The notes below the pieces were generated by a model that saw only the letters and a list, made by a program, of their open reading frames with translations, searched no databases and was not told the DNA's origin. Positions 1-12,962 of a stretch of DNA of 64,000 nucleotides are shown here, one piece after another. The DNA is taken from contig OZ024741.1 in the NCBI GenBank assembly GCA_964016885.1, positions 189,720,001 through 189,784,000 on the forward strand, in the 5' to 3' direction. The DNA comes from Eledone cirrhosa. Lineage: Eukaryota. Made by a program: the position numbers and the translations under genes. Positions within the stretch are counted from its first letter, which is position 1. Every line of letters starts with the position of its first letter.

Positions 1-147
1 CTCACCACCCAATCCCCAACAAATATAGATAGAATATACCTACTCCATACATAAGGAGTGTCTGATACAAATAGAAAAATACTATTGGACTAGAAAAATA
101 TTTAGAAGCAAGCAGTGGAAGGCTGATAAGTCTAATAAAGAAGAAGA

Positions 148-770
148 ATCATCATCACCATCACTATCATCATCATCATCATCATCTAACATCCACTTTC
201 TCTGCTAGCAAGGGTTGGACGAGTCTGTATTGAAGTGGGGCCACTGACCTCCCAGACAAGCTGGGGGTTCCCATCTTGCTTATATGCAGTTCTGCATTCT
301 ACCAAGTACATTTTATCATAGCACCATTACTAGAGAGGTTGTCATGTTTTCGACACAACTCAAGGGTCCTCCCAACCTTTTGTTTGGCTGGTTGCCCTTT
401 TTAACACAAACCACTTTACAGCATGTACTTGGTGTTTTTATCATGTAGATCACCAGCACTAGGGAAGTTGTCATGTCCTTGACACAACTGAAGGGTCCTC
501 CCAACCCTTTGTTTGGCAAGCTTTCTATGGCTGGATGGCCTTCCTATCACCAACCACTTTACATCATCTACTGGGTGTGTTTATCATGTAGATTAGTAAC
601 ACTAGAGAGGTTGTTGTGTTATTGACACAACTGAAAGGTCTTCTCAACCTCTTAGGCCTGGTTTCTACAGCAAGGTGCCGTTCCTGTCGTCAACCACCTT
701 ACATAGTGTACCAGTCAGGTGCATTTTCACGGCAACATCACTAATGAGGCTGTTGGTCATAATCCCAACT
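148..770 (-). mobile_element. RTE-tail non-autonomous retroposon with about three internal tandem copies of a ~130-bp unit
   Basis: (CAT)n tail at 148-187 followed by aacatccactttctctgctagcaagggttggac, matching the RTE 3' ends elsewhere in the window; unit cactagagaggttgtcatg...gacacaact recurs near 325, 457 and 600. Confidence 0.6.
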
Positions 771-1459
771 AAAGAAACTTTTCTGCTCTGGAGGGGGGGA
801 TGATAAGGGAAGGAGATATGTAGGAAATTATAGGTGTATGTGGTGATTTGGAGAGTGATGAGTAAAGGGAAGGGGTGTCTGATAGTGTATGGGGAAAGGG
901 GTTGTAGTGATGTTGGGGGGTGTGGATGATGTGGCCGATAGTGTGGGAGGGAGAGCAGTGATCGAGATATAGCTAAGGAGTGTTAATGGAGGGATGCACA
1001 AGGGGTAGAAAGAGTAACTACTAGGATATGTTAATGAGGGTATCTAAGGGGTTTAGAGGGGGAGTAGCTAAGGAGTGGTACAGGAAACACATAGATGGTG
1101 GTAAGGATAGCTACAGGGTAGTGTGTGTGTGTGGAAGCAAGGAGACACATGGATGGATCGTCACCATCACAGCAATAGCACCCTAGCTCTCAATCCTTTG
1201 TCATCTCAGTTGTGAGGCTAACTTTCTTAAATTCGGTTTTCACTACCTCTTCCCAAGACTTCTTGTGTCTGCCTCTTCCACAAGTTCCAGCCACTAGGAT
1301 TTCTCTGCATTTCTTTATGCAACTGCTATCTTCCATGAAAAAGAAAACTTTTCTTTATGTATAAGGAAACTATGAAGTATGAACTAGAAGCTAACTACAT
1401 GGAAATTACAGATGAGGAAAATGTATCAGACAAAAGTAAAGGAAAAAAAACAGAGTTAA

Positions 1460-1667
1460 CCCTTCAGCATTTAAACCAGCTGTATCTGACCAGAAATCTC
1501 TCATCTCTTTTTATTCAAACCAGCCATAACTGGCCACTTATACTGATGTTAAGGTATTTTTCTCAAAATAAATAATATCAAAATCTCATTGATTCAATAT
1601 TATGTGAGATAAAGCATTTACCGCAAAAATACAATATTATTTATAGAGTAATGTAAATGCTAAAGGG
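1460..1667. mobile_element. piggyBac-type MITE (family copies at 3949-4169, 18948-19142, partial 19722-19920, tandem pair 49625-50011)
   Basis: TIR ccct(t/c)agcattta...taaatgctaaaggg flanked by TTAA on both sides; internal sequence shared by all copies. Confidence 0.8.
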
Positions 1668-1679
1668 TTAAATAGGAAT

Positions 1680-2510
1680 TACAAAATATACTGAAGAAAA
1701 AATTGAAAGAAAGTCACTCCATGAGTAATAGCCTACAAGGCTCAACAGAAAAGTAAGCTAGTCAACATTGGCTTCAAAGCTCCATGCTAACAACAGAAAC
1801 AGAAAATCTAATTCTAGTTGCACAAGACCAATGTCTAACCACAAACAATTACAAAAATAAAATAGTGATCTTAACATTAAGTGCAGTCTATGGAAGCAGT
1901 GCAATTAGACAGTTAACCACATCATCTCCAGTTCTTGCCAAGTTTGAATGTATATACAGACACAATCAAGTTAGCAGCTATATCCACTGGGCAATATGTC
2001 AACATTTTGATGTGAAAATAAACAAGTGGTACAAACATCTACAAAACATATTACATGATATTGACCTGGCCACAATCATCTGGAATATGCCTATACAAAC
2101 TAAGATATAATAATCAAAGACTGGAAGAAATACATACACACTGATTGACACCAGATCTTTACAGACCAAAATATTGATTTTTTATTTTTTTATTTAGGCA
2201 CATAGGCAGCAAATTTTGGGAAAAAACAAAGTTGATTAAATCAACCCCAATTCTTAACTGGTATTGGTAGAATTGGCAGAGCAACTGATAAAAGACCATT
2301 GTGGTATTTGTTCTGGTTCTTTATATTATGAGTTCCAATATCAACTTTGCCTTTCATCATTCCAGGGTTTATAAAATTCTGACCAAAATATTAACAGAAA
2401 GGTGATGGTAAACTGTCAAGCTACAAGATTGAAAGCAAAATAAACAGAATGTGAAGCTAAAAATAGTGCCAATAATAATCTGAGTACTAGGTATCATAAA
2501 AAATATATGT
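1680..2510 (+). pseudogene. Decayed R4/Dong-like non-LTR retrotransposon C-terminus (zinc knuckle/REL endonuclease region), interrupted by a SINE
   Basis: ORF 1784-2110 contains TETENLILVAQDQCLTTNNY and YRHNQVSSYIHWAIC, motifs typical of R4/Dong REL elements; frameshifts and stops. Confidence 0.7.
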
Positions 2511-3200
2511 CATAACAAGGCTCACAACATTACACAGCATCAAAAAAAATAGCTTAGCTAGGCACAGCCCACATCCTGTACACACAAAAGACACCCTATA
2601 TAATAAGCACCTACTAAAATAACACAATTCACACTCTGCAGGATTAACACCCAATAAAATGGCATAATTATGCAATTGATACCTAACACTGCAACTCTAA
2701 TAACTCTCACAATAAAAACATCAACATCATCATTCAGTTGTCTGATCAAGCAAACTACTTTACTTGTTAAATTTTGTAAGTGGCTATTTATTTCACAGAT
2801 ATATGTATACTGAGACACCACATGCTGTTACATGTTCTCTGTCTCCAACCTTGTAGCTTTGGTCACAAACCCTGACACTGCCATCTGTAATGCAGATCAG
2901 CTGGAGATTTCCAAATACCTGGACTTGACTTACCACTTCCTTTTCATGTTGGTTGCAAACAAGACCTTTGATGTCTTCAGTCTCTGAACTGGTGTTTTCC
3001 TCCACATAATTGAGAGCAGTTGATCCTGCCTGAGAAAGGAGCCCTGTCAAGTGGAGTGGTTGATGCAGTGGCTGTTATTGTCTGTTCTCTACGACAATGC
3101 TTTTGCCATTTTGTCTGTTAAGCACAGTTGAGATATACCAGCCATGCTGGGATTTAGAATCTGCCACTCCATCCTCCTTTCCTCTTTTATTATTTAATTC

Positions 3201-3388
3201 TGGATTGGCAGTATCGGTAGAGAGTCGGACACCATGCTTTGAAGAATAGAGTTACGTCTCTTTATGATCTGAGTTCAAATCCTGCCAAGGTTAACTTTGC
3301 CTTTCATCCTTACGGGGTCGATAAAATAAAGTACCAGTAATACACTGGGTAATTGCTGGCCTTGTGCTAAAAAGTAGAAACAATTATT
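3201..3388 (+). mobile_element. tRNA-derived SINE family A (other copies 6797-6985 -, 20905-21085 +, 24890-25080 -, 34720-35097 + x2, 51643-51827 +, 60305-60488 -, 63838-64000 +)
   Basis: A-box tggcagtatcggtaga, B-box gagttcaaatcc, conserved core gcctttcatccttacggggtcgataaaataaagtaccag; TSDs visible at the 20905 and 24890 copies. Confidence 0.85.
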
Positions 3389-4602
3389 TAATTCTTTCTT
3401 TTTCTTTTTTATTGCAAACATTATATAATTTAATTGGAATGCATTGAATAAAATGTTGATGGTTTCCTTACTGATTCTCAAGTAAAATCAGCATGTCATA
3501 ATATGTGACAAGGCTGAACCATTGAACTACAAGTACAGCCCATCAATTGGTTTACCACACAGTTTCTGCTATTCAATTTCCCTCATGAAGATATAGTAAA
3601 AGACTTTTGCCCAAGACCACACACTGGAATCCAACCTCATGAACAGACTTCTTAGCCACTCAGCTATGTCTGCATATCAGAGACTACATTGTCCAATATA
3701 TCTTTTCTTTTTTTTTATCAATAAATTGTGATTTGAAGAAAATCCTGCCTGCTGTTTTTAGCAGCTTGGGCTTCCACATTAAGGTTCACTTGTTATTTAG
3801 TCCTGATGGGGGTCAGAGGTCAAATATATATTTGGTTGTATAAAAAAATAGGGATAATTGATGATACAAAAAAAAACCATAAAATATGATACCAATCCTT
3901 TCAAAACTAGCTGCCTCTGGTTATATGAAACAAAACCACCAATTTTAACACTTTAGCATTTAAACCAGCCATATCCGGCCAGGATTCTTTCCCATCTTTC
4001 TCTTCAAACTGGTCAAAACTTGCTGTTCGTTCTGATGTTAAGGTATTATTCTCAAAATAAATAACATCAAAATCTCATAGATTCGATATTATGTGAGATA
4101 ATTATGTGGGATAAAATGTTTACCATGAAAATATAATAGTATATATATAGTAATTTAAATGCTAAAGGGTTCCTGTTTAAATTAAAACCTTCCAGCATAA
4201 TTTTATGTGAAAACCATTTGTTACAAATACCACCTTAATGAGGGAAAAAGTTAATAACTTTAGTAAATCTATCCGAATTCTTCCTTCATTAATCAAAATA
4301 CATTGTATTTTATTAGAGATATGACAACAAAAGGATTAAGTATATTCCATACGCTTTATGTCTCAGGAAAGAAAATATAATTATATCCATACAAACAAGA
4401 GTTTAGCTCAATATGCAGTAGTTTTCCAAACTAAATCGCTCCAGTATTTTCAGACTATTTGGTGTCACAGGTTTAACCCATCTGATAACAGACTGCCTAA
4501 AGTTTACAATACAAAACTGTTTATATTTACCTAATAACCTATCGTAATTTTATTTAAAAACCTTTGTAAATCTATGTTCTAAAAAATCAGCCTAACAATG
4601 TG

Positions 4603-5151
4603 ATCATCATCATCGTTCAATATCCACTTTCCACGCTAGCATGGGTTAGACTGGTTGTCCCATTTGAGGCAAGTTGGGTCAGGTAAGCGTTTCTTGCTCA
4701 TATAGAACTGTTTCTGGCTAGATTTCTATGACTGGATGCCCTTCCTAACACCAACCACATTTACAGTGTGTACTGGGTGCTTTTTGTCGTGACTCCTTCA
4801 CAACCACTTTACAGTGTTGGCTGGGTACTTTTTGTCGTGTCACCTACACAACCATTTTACAGTGTGGACTGGGTGCTTTTTGTCATGACACCTACACAAC
4901 CACTCTACAGTGTGGACTGGGTGCTTTTTGTCGTGTCACCTACACAACTACCTTACAGTGTGGACTGGGTGCTTTTTGTCATGACACCTACACAACCACT
5001 CTACAGTGTGGACTGGGTGCTTTTTGTCGTGACACCTACACAACTACCTTACAGTGTGGACTGTGTGCTTTTTGTTGTGACACCTACACAACCACTCTAT
5101 AGTGTGGACTGGGTGCTTTTTGTTGTGACACCTACACAACCACTTTACAGT
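4603..5151 (-). mobile_element. RTE-tail retroposon carrying a 48-bp minisatellite (about 8 units, 4764-5151); shorter relatives at 6488-6690, 8341-8560, 26986-27278
   Basis: (CAT)n tail, ggatgcccttcctaacaccaacc block, unit cagtgtggactgggtgctttttgtcgtgacacctacacaaccactcta; the same unit occurs in the RTE 3' UTR at 40250-40360. Confidence 0.8.
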
Positions 5152-7099
5152 GATAGTTATATTACTAAATCACCTCCAAATTCTTATTTTCAAAGATAAC
5201 TGAAAATCATAGATAGTGTCTTTCATTAGAAATATGATAATGAAAGGGCTAAAACAAGTGCCTAGCTGACATCTAATTTTGAACTGTCTGACAACTCAGA
5301 CAGTTGGTGACTAAAACAAACTTGTTTCTCTAGCTTTCTTAATATTTTCCAACACTACTGGCATTAATACTACCATTATAACCACTACTACTCCACCATC
5401 AACACCAGTTTTATTATCATTATCACCACCACCATCCAACCATCCATTCCATACTGCCACTACCATTGTGAGCACCATTTCTGTTATCACTGCCATGACC
5501 ATCAGTATTATTACCATCCACTGCTACAACTTGAACACAAAAATTTAATACTGAGTCAGAATTGTTTAAATCAAGCAATACAAGTACTTTACACCCCCTC
5601 CCCCAACACACACACACAAAAACAAAACAAAACACACTGGAATAATTCTATAAAGAGAATTTCACACCCATCTAACCAACTACCATAACTCCCACACCAC
5701 CACAACCACCTACTAAAAGTAAAAAAGAATCTGTCCACTTTTAACCAAATTAAAAGCATGGTTTTATTGTCCTTGAGAAGAACATATATTAGTCAACTTT
5801 AGAACAGGGTGAGAAACAAACAAATGTATCCCTGTCTTATATAACATCCTGTCATATAGACAACACCCTATTATGACGTTTACCTGGGTTGGGCTGAAAA
5901 TGGAGTTTAGCTACAACATTCATGAAAAGCCCTGAAATAAGACAAGGAAACGAAAATATTTTGAACGAACGAGAAAAAAATATTCTGAAGATATTTTCAT
6001 AATTTTCTACATTTAATTCTTTTTTTGTTTTTTTTTCTTTATCTCTCCTTCATTCTCCTGGACTCACCATCTGACTGTAGCCATAACCATAAACTTTATG
6101 GGTTGAAACCAGTCTGCAAGTTTCAATATTTGCTTGAATTCATTGAAATTAATTTGATATATATATATATATATATATACATACATTCAAACTTACATTC
6201 ACTCACACATAAAAGTCCACTACCACACACTACACGGATATACACATAACACACACAAACCTTGATACTTTACACAATAAACCTTAACAATAACACCGAC
6301 GTTTTAAAGATACACATAATATCAACACTAATACACACACACATTTCACCTTGTGCTCCAAAATCGTTGTGGTTTGTTTTGTTTACTCTCATTTTTTTTC
6401 GTTTTTTTTTCACTTGGCCTACCTTTTATTTTCTATAGCTATCCTGCTGTCTCTATTTTTGTACTCCTGAAGAAAGGTTAAAGCCCAATCATCATCATCA
6501 TCATCATCTAACATCAATGTTGGACGGGTTTGTCCCACTTGAGGCAAGATTGGTCAGGTGACTGTGTCTCACTCATATAGAACTGTTTCTGGCAGGTTTT
6601 CTACAGCTGGATGCCCCCTCCTAACACCAACCACATTTACAGTATCGACTGGGAGCCTTTTTACTGTCGTCTCCTACATGCCACCTTTACAGTACATCTG
6701 GCTTGTCTGGGAGACTGGTAGCTCTGCTTCAGTACTAACTTGATCTCTGTAGACACATCCTACCCTTGCTAGCAAGAAAAGCAGATATTAAAATGATAAT
6801 TGTTTCTACTTTTGGCACAAGGCCAGCAATTATCCAGTGTATTACTGGTACTTTATTTTATCAACCCCGTAAGGATGAAAGGCAAAGTTAACCTCGGCGG
6901 AATTTGAACTCAGACCATAAAGGGACGTAACTATGCTGGAAAGCATGGCGTCCGACCCTCTACCGATACTGCCAATCCACCGCCCTATTAAATGATAATG
7001 ATGATGAATATGTATATATATATAGAGAGAGAGAGGTAGAACACTGGAAGGTAATATCCGTAGTGGTACAGCATTCAGTCCATGGGACGAGTTAGGTAG

Positions 7100-7261
7100 A
7101 AGTGGTAACACAACAGTTAGTTCATCATACCGAGAACAATTATCTCACCTTAGCGGATCTTCAGCTCGTACAGGTCATGTACATGACCAGTTCGAGCTGA
7201 AGATCCGCCAAGGTGAAACAATTGTTCTCGGTATGATGAACTAACTGTTGTGTTACCACTT
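7100..7261. repeat. Near-perfect 162-bp palindrome carrying head-to-head hammerhead-like motifs (Penelope-like terminal fragment)
   Basis: Centre ggtcatgt|acatgacc at 7180/7181; right arm cgag-CTGAAGA-tccgccaaggt-GAAA-caattg-TT-ctcg (7193-7230); abuts (TA)n. Confidence 0.75.
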
Positions 7262-7522
7262 ATATATATATATAAGTAGTAGAGAGATTCCTGGAGGAGA
7301 TCAGGAGGTAACCACAGTTGAAGAAAGTACTCAATATGTTAGTAGAGTATAATCATCTGTCATTCCTCATGATTTCATATGAATGAAACAGTTCTAGTCC
7401 TGCGGGAGTTATTTCTATATAAAATAACTATAATATAATATCTATATATAGTGAGTTAGAAACTCAGAGTAGTCTCTTACAATTAAATAGCTCTATGAAA
7501 AAAGCTTTTCTGAGCCGTACAG

Positions 7523-7840
7523 TATAATTGAATAAACAAGAGAGATGAACACTAATATAAACATACATGTGTTCGAATCGTAAGGACCAAGTTTGCTAGG
7601 GTGTAAAAATACTAACCACAGCAATATGATGTTGCGAAACAGTCTCCAAAACTGTCTAGTTGTTACCAGGCGAGTGCCCAATATAGGTCTGTTATTTTTC
7701 TTAATTTAATATTTAAAATTAAGTCTGACAAACCATATTGCTGTAGTTAGTATTTTTTTCACCCTAGCAAACTTGGGCCTTATGATTTGAACACATGTAT
7801 GTTTATATTAGTGTTCATCTCTCTTGTTTATTCAATTATA
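7523..7840. repeat. Inverted duplication, ~106-bp arms (7523-7628 / 7734-7840) with ~105-bp spacer
   Basis: tataattgaataaacaagagagatgaacac... and its reverse complement read directly. Confidence 0.8.
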
Positions 7841-8137
7841 TAATATAATATCTATATATTTTAAATTTAAAGTTAGTAGCTTCAGCGATTTTAACTATGA
7901 AAATTATTTAAGTTAGGTATAAAAGCCCCTGGTGTCAGAAAAGTTTCTACAGTGTTCTGCAGGCAGCACAGTGCAATTTTTTCTCTCTTCAGGGGCTTAT
8001 ATGCCTGACTTATTAGACCTTTTTTATAGTCAAAAAATGCTGGAGCTACTAACTTTAAATTTAAAATTTCCTACCTGCTCAGTTGTTCTAAAAAATAGAT
8101 TGAATGACAGGGCTTAAAATAAGGGGGAAATTAATCT

Positions 8138-8210
8138 GCTGTCCTCTGGTGTAATGGTAGCACAGTAAAACAGCTTATTGCAGGTGTAGGTTCATATCCC
8201 ACAGGCGGCT
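8138..8210 (+). pseudogene. tRNA-like sequence (degenerate cloverleaf; probable SINE head or pseudogene)
   Basis: D arm gtgt-aatggta-gcac, T arm gtagg-ttcatat-cccac, acceptor gctgtc/ggcggc; anticodon arm irregular. Confidence 0.5.
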
Positions 8211-8870
8211 CAGTACAAATTTTTCCGTCTCCGGAAACTTATATGCCAAACTTAAACTATTTTTCAATGATAGCTATTAACTTTAGATTCAAATTTTCAA
8301 AACTGCTCAGTGGTTCTAAAAGTAGATTGTTTACACATATATCAGCATCATTTAACATCTATCTTCCATGCTAGCATGGTCAGACAGGTTTGTCCCATTT
8401 GAGGCAAGTTAGGTCGAGTGACCACATCTCACTGGATTCCCTTCCTAGTGCCAATCACATTTACAGTGTGTGCTGGGTGCTTTTTGTTGTGACACCTACA
8501 CGACCACTTTACAGTGTGGGCTGGATGTTTTGTGGTATCAACATAACTTTACAGAGTAAGGGTGGTGTGGGTGGAAGTGGGAGGGAGGTGTGGGGCATAA
8601 AGAGAGAGATGGAGATAGGAGAGGAGAGATTGGTGAATTAGTTAGAAGCCAAAGCGTAAAGGCATGTGCTCAATGTGCAATATGCAGTAGAAAGCAGCTA
8701 GATGGCTGGGTTCATGCAGAAGTTAGGTGCGCAAAGCTGGAAATATTCATTAGTTAAGCAAAACAAGACCACAAATTTCACAAGGAATACATTATTAAAA
8801 GATTGTCAACATATTTTAGTTTGATGTAAGGAATGTAGAGAATAATAATAATAATATTAATAATAATAAT

Positions 8871-10173
8871 GTCCGTTTACAATTGTTTCGCAACTCCATA
8901 TAATATTTCTGGATCAATGATTATATATCATAATTGATCTGGTTCAGTTGAAAATAATTAACATAATTAAAGAACAGAGCGGCTCATCGGAACTTCAAAG
9001 GAATATAAATTAAAATAATGAGAGAATGTTACATAATATAATGTTCCATATATTGGTTTTTCATTATGGTTTCTTGGTTGCATCAGTTGTCAGCCATAAT
9101 CAAGCAGTATTCATCTGTCGAGGCTGCATTGTGTGAGATCTGCCTATGGGTAACAAGATGGCTGCCAAAGGACATATTTACCTTACTAATTAGAGGGTGG
9201 TTTCAGGGGAAGTAACTCCTCGAGAGATTAGAAATTGTGGGTAGTTTATAGTTAAGTGCTAATTTTTTAATTTTTTAATTGAGAGACAATGTAGGGGAGG
9301 TAACTTATAATTATCTAAGTTAGTTATAGCTATTTAACTTATTAGCTACAAGTAAAAATGGGGCTAGATGACTAAGTTGGGTCAAATATTCATTTGGCGA
9401 ATGAATTAGCCCTTCAATGTTGACAGCTAATAGTTACCTCCGTTCTATCTTTAATCGGTAGAGGTCGTGATAGAGTTATGTAATATGCTTCTGTAATACA
9501 GAGATCACAAGATTTTCTTCGTCCATTCAACGGTTGGGCCCTAGCCACGATATCCCATTTTAGTGAGTGTTGAACGCTGCTTAATTTAAGGTTTTTAATG
9601 AGCCTAGCTAGCGATGTCGAACATCTATTGCTAGGGTCTCGGAAGGAAAAAGAGTGCATGTTATAGCGTACCTTAAAAGGGTTAGAGGTAGACCCGATAT
9701 AAGAGCTGGTATTCGAAGCAGTTTTAACCGTGCACCTATAGACTATGTTGGGTGTCAGGCAGTGTCCATTTAATGGGCATGCATTAAGGTAACGGCAGTT
9801 GCAGTTGCTTCTGCGATTAGTGAGAGTAGGGTAGTTTAACCTAAGCGGTATGTCAGTGCTAGAAAGATTAGATGGGGGAGGTGTGCTACTAGAGTAATTA
9901 TTGGTGTAGTGGCGTGGTGTATTTGATAGGGGTGGTGGTATCGCGGTGTGGGAGTTATACTGTCTTAGTTTATGATGGTTACTGAATGCGATGTGGCTAG
10001 CTAGGTTAGGTGTTGTGGAGAATGAGATTTTAATGTTATTTTTATTAAAGAGTTTGTAATATCTATGGTTGGGGGGGGGGAATGTATAGATAGGATAGAG
10101 AAGAAGCGTTTAGGGATATTAGTGGCTAGATTAGATGAGAATGGAGGGTTAAGCCAGGTGATATTTCTAGGTC

Positions 10174-10175
<2 letters not shown>
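8871..10175 (-). mobile_element. 5'-truncated Penelope-like element (Neptune-type): linker, Cys motif, GIY-YIG endonuclease and 3' UTR
   Basis: Minus strand reads [13 protein letters not shown]...[13 protein letters not shown]...CNCRYLNACPLNGHCLTPNIVYRCTV...YIGSTSNPFKVRYNMH...CDLCITE...SCQH; frameshift in the G10 run at 10071-10080; flanked by (TA)n and (AAT)n. Confidence 0.9.
8875..8993 (-). ncRNA. Type-I hammerhead ribozyme motif (U4C core variant, long stem II) at the PLE 3' end
   Basis: gtt-CCGATGA-gccgctc...gagttgc-GAAA-caattg-TA-aac; palindromic stem III. Confidence 0.65.
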
Positions 10176-10234
<59 letters not shown>

Positions 10235-10525
10235 GTATATATATGTGGGTGTATATATATATATTATATATATATATGTGGGTGTATATATATATATTAT
10301 ATATATATATGTGGGTGTATATATATATATTATATATATGTATATATATGTGGGTGTATATATATGTATATATATGTGGGTGTATATATATATATTATAT
10401 ATATATATGTATATATATGTGGGTGTATATATATATATGTGTATATATATGTGTGTGTGTATATATATATGTATATATATGTGTGTATATATATATATGT
10501 ATATATATATGTATATATATGTGTG

Positions 10526-10570
<45 letters not shown>

Positions 10571-10588
10571 ATATATATATATATATAT
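10176..10588. repeat. (TA)n/(TG)n compound microsatellite
   Basis: Direct reading. Confidence 0.95.
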
Positions 10589-10636
10589 GGAGGAGGTTAT
10601 AGTTCACTTGAAGCATTGTGTAATGAGGTATAAACA

Positions 10637-10823
10637 TTTGAATATGTATAATAAAGCCAAAACAATGCAGGTATGGACATAGAAAAAAGAATGCAATTGC
10701 AAAAGATATTGTTGACAAATCGTCTTTTACCTTAGATTTATTTAAATGTCCTTAATTTTCGAGATAATATCTCTTTAAGATGTCCATACCTGCATTGTTT
10801 TGGCTTTATTATACATATTCAAA
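10637..10823. repeat. Inverted repeat, perfect 44-bp arms (10637-10680 / 10780-10823), between TA tracts
   Basis: tttgaatatgtataataaagccaaaacaatgcaggtatggacat and its reverse complement. Confidence 0.85.
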
Positions 10824-10844
10824 CGTATATATATATATATATAT

Positions 10845-11065
10845 GTGAAGGCGTGTGGCTGAGTGGTTAGAGAATTGGATTCGCAATCGTAAGGTTGTGA
10901 GTTCAATTCCTGGACCAGGCGATGCGTTATGTCCTTGAGCAAGACACTTTATTTCCCGTTGCTCCTTCTACCTGGAGTTGCGACCGATAGATAGTATTAG
11001 CAATTGGAAAGCCCAACGGAAACATTGTTCCCTCGGTCCGATTTGACGAAAGTCGATCGTCTCAA
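10845..11065 (+). mobile_element. tRNA-derived SINE family C (second copy 27657-27876 -)
   Basis: A-box tggctgagtggttaga, B-box gagttcaattcc, ccttgagcaagacacttt body, shared 3' ggtccgatttgacgaaagtcgatcg. Confidence 0.8.
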
Positions 11066-11074
11066 AAAAAAAAA

Positions 11075-11123
<49 letters not shown>

Positions 11124-11208
11124 AAAGTTATATTTAAATTGTTGGGTTACAACTAGTAAATATTTATAACTGATATAAAAGCACTCAACAAGTATTTGGA
11201 GTATATTT

Positions 11209-11600
11209 ACGATATTAAATAAATGGAAACTATATTTATAAAACCATATTTATTTCATTATATATATTTCAGGGATATCATATTAACAATATGTTATGCC
11301 TTCTTCAGACAAAATACAATATAGACAGTTTTATAAATAAATAGATTTGACATACCGTTCAACATCGACTTGTATTTGAAAAGTTGATTTGGCAAAGTTG
11401 ACTGAAAAGTTGACTGCCAAATCAACTTTTCAAATACAAGTCGATGTTGAACGGTATGTCAAATCTATTTATTTATAAAACTGTCTATATTGTATTTTGT
11501 CTGAAGAAGGCATAACATATTGTTAATATGATATCCCTGAAATATATATAATGAAATAAATATGGTTTTATAAATATAGTTTCCATTTATTTAATATCGT
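11209..11600. repeat. Perfect inverted duplication (186-bp arms 11209-11394 / 11415-11600), each arm with a hammerhead motif
   Basis: Plus-strand copy tttgt-CTGAAGA(11501)-agg...cct-GAAA(11539)-tatata-TA-atgaa. Confidence 0.85.
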
Positions 11601-12924
11601 CACTGCTCTCTCAGAACTCATATGGTCCTTAAAAGACAAAAACATTAAATATAGCATCTTTTGGAAAAAGATTTCTTCTGCATCCTCATACTTGAACAGC
11701 TCTCTATCTAAAATCTGTAATCTCTGCCTAAATGAAAAATTTACCATTATCTCTAACCTAGAATCCATAATAAATAGACGCTCAGATTTGTTTTCTATCT
11801 GCCTGCATAAATTCCATAGAACTTTTCACAAAGTATACAGTTAATATTCAATTCTTTATCAATTTAGAATCTTTTCTCAAAGGCACATATACATACACCT
11901 CTTTAAAATATACCCATCTACCTTACTTTAAAGGGCATTATACACTCTATAATACTCGTTTACTCATTACCCTCATTCTATCTTCTCGTAAAACAATAAC
12001 ATTTGTTTTTGACATTTTGAATATTCATCCGCAATCATTATTATTTTTTCTCTCTATCATAAATCTTTTTAATCTCAATTTCATCCTTAATTTATTATTA
12101 TTTTTTTCTCCCCATCAACGAACTCATTATTAATACATATGAATTCAATATACAAACTTTAACTTCACATTATTTTTCTCAAATCCTTCTACACATAAAC
12201 CCTAACATTTCTCTCTTCGCTAATTTTGAAATAGCCACAATACATACATTTCTTCTTTTGACGTTAGAATATTCACCCACAATTATTATTTTTTTCTCTC
12301 TATCTTCGTACATAATTTCCCTTCGTTAATTTTCAAATTCCTTTAATTTATACATTATCTTCCAATGGTTCCCAACTTCTCTATATTAAAACAATATATC
12401 TTTTCTCAGTTATAAAAACTATCTCTTTCTCTCTATCACCCATCTCTCCCTCTCCACCTTCACTCTCATCTCCTCCCCCTTTTTTTCATCCTTTCCACTC
12501 CCCCCCTCCTCCCTAAATAAAATATTTTTTCCTCGCACATATCCTCCCTTCGTTAATTTTCAAAATTTTTAATTTATACAGTATCTTCCAACGGTTTTCA
12601 ACCCCTCTATATAAAAAATATATCTCCTCTCAGTTATAAAAACTATCTCTTTCTCTCACCCATCTCTCCCTCTCATCCCCTTCCCTTCTCATCCTTCCCC
12701 CCCCCCCCTCTCTAAATAAAATATTTTTCCCAATATCACACATCAATCTAAAACCACTTTTCATATGTTGATTTAAAACTGCACTATCAACAAGTGTTTT
12801 TTAGCCTTCATATCATGTTCTCCTGTTTTATCTGATGAAAACACAAATATTATTGCTTGATGATGTTTGTTTTTGAAATGCGCATAATAAAATATATGGA
12901 ACTCCTTTAACCATCTTTTGATCT

Positions 12925-12925
<1 letters not shown>
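11601..12925 (+). mobile_element. 5'-truncated Penelope-like element: GIY-YIG C-terminal half (11602-11844) plus long pyrimidine-rich 3' UTR with an internal ~200-bp tandem duplication
   Basis: TALSELIWSLKDKNIKYSIFWKKI...CNLCLNEK...INRRSDLFSICLH*, a frame not in the ORF track; ends at (TA)n. Confidence 0.88.
12826..12891 (+). ncRNA. Type-I hammerhead ribozyme with intact canonical core
   Basis: ttttat-CTGATGA-aaacacaaatattatt...gatgatgtttgtttt-GAAA-tgcgca-TA-ataaaa; 6-bp stem I, palindromic stem III, AUA cleavage triplet. Confidence 0.8.

Positions 12926-12962
<37 letters not shown>

Noticed and set aside
2799-3195. Plus-strand frame interrupted only by TGA codons
   Set aside because: It is the same-register antisense of the minus-strand frame (TCA codons); no evidence for recoding
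4768-5199. 143-aa hydrophobic repeat ORF
   Set aside because: Antisense reading of the 48-bp minisatellite in a retroposon tail
9370-9416. In-frame TGA codons at the PLE C-terminus as possible selenocysteine
   Set aside because: They fall where Arg fits (CQH-R, K-R), not at Cys positions; CGA>TGA decay is simpler and no SECIS was recognised
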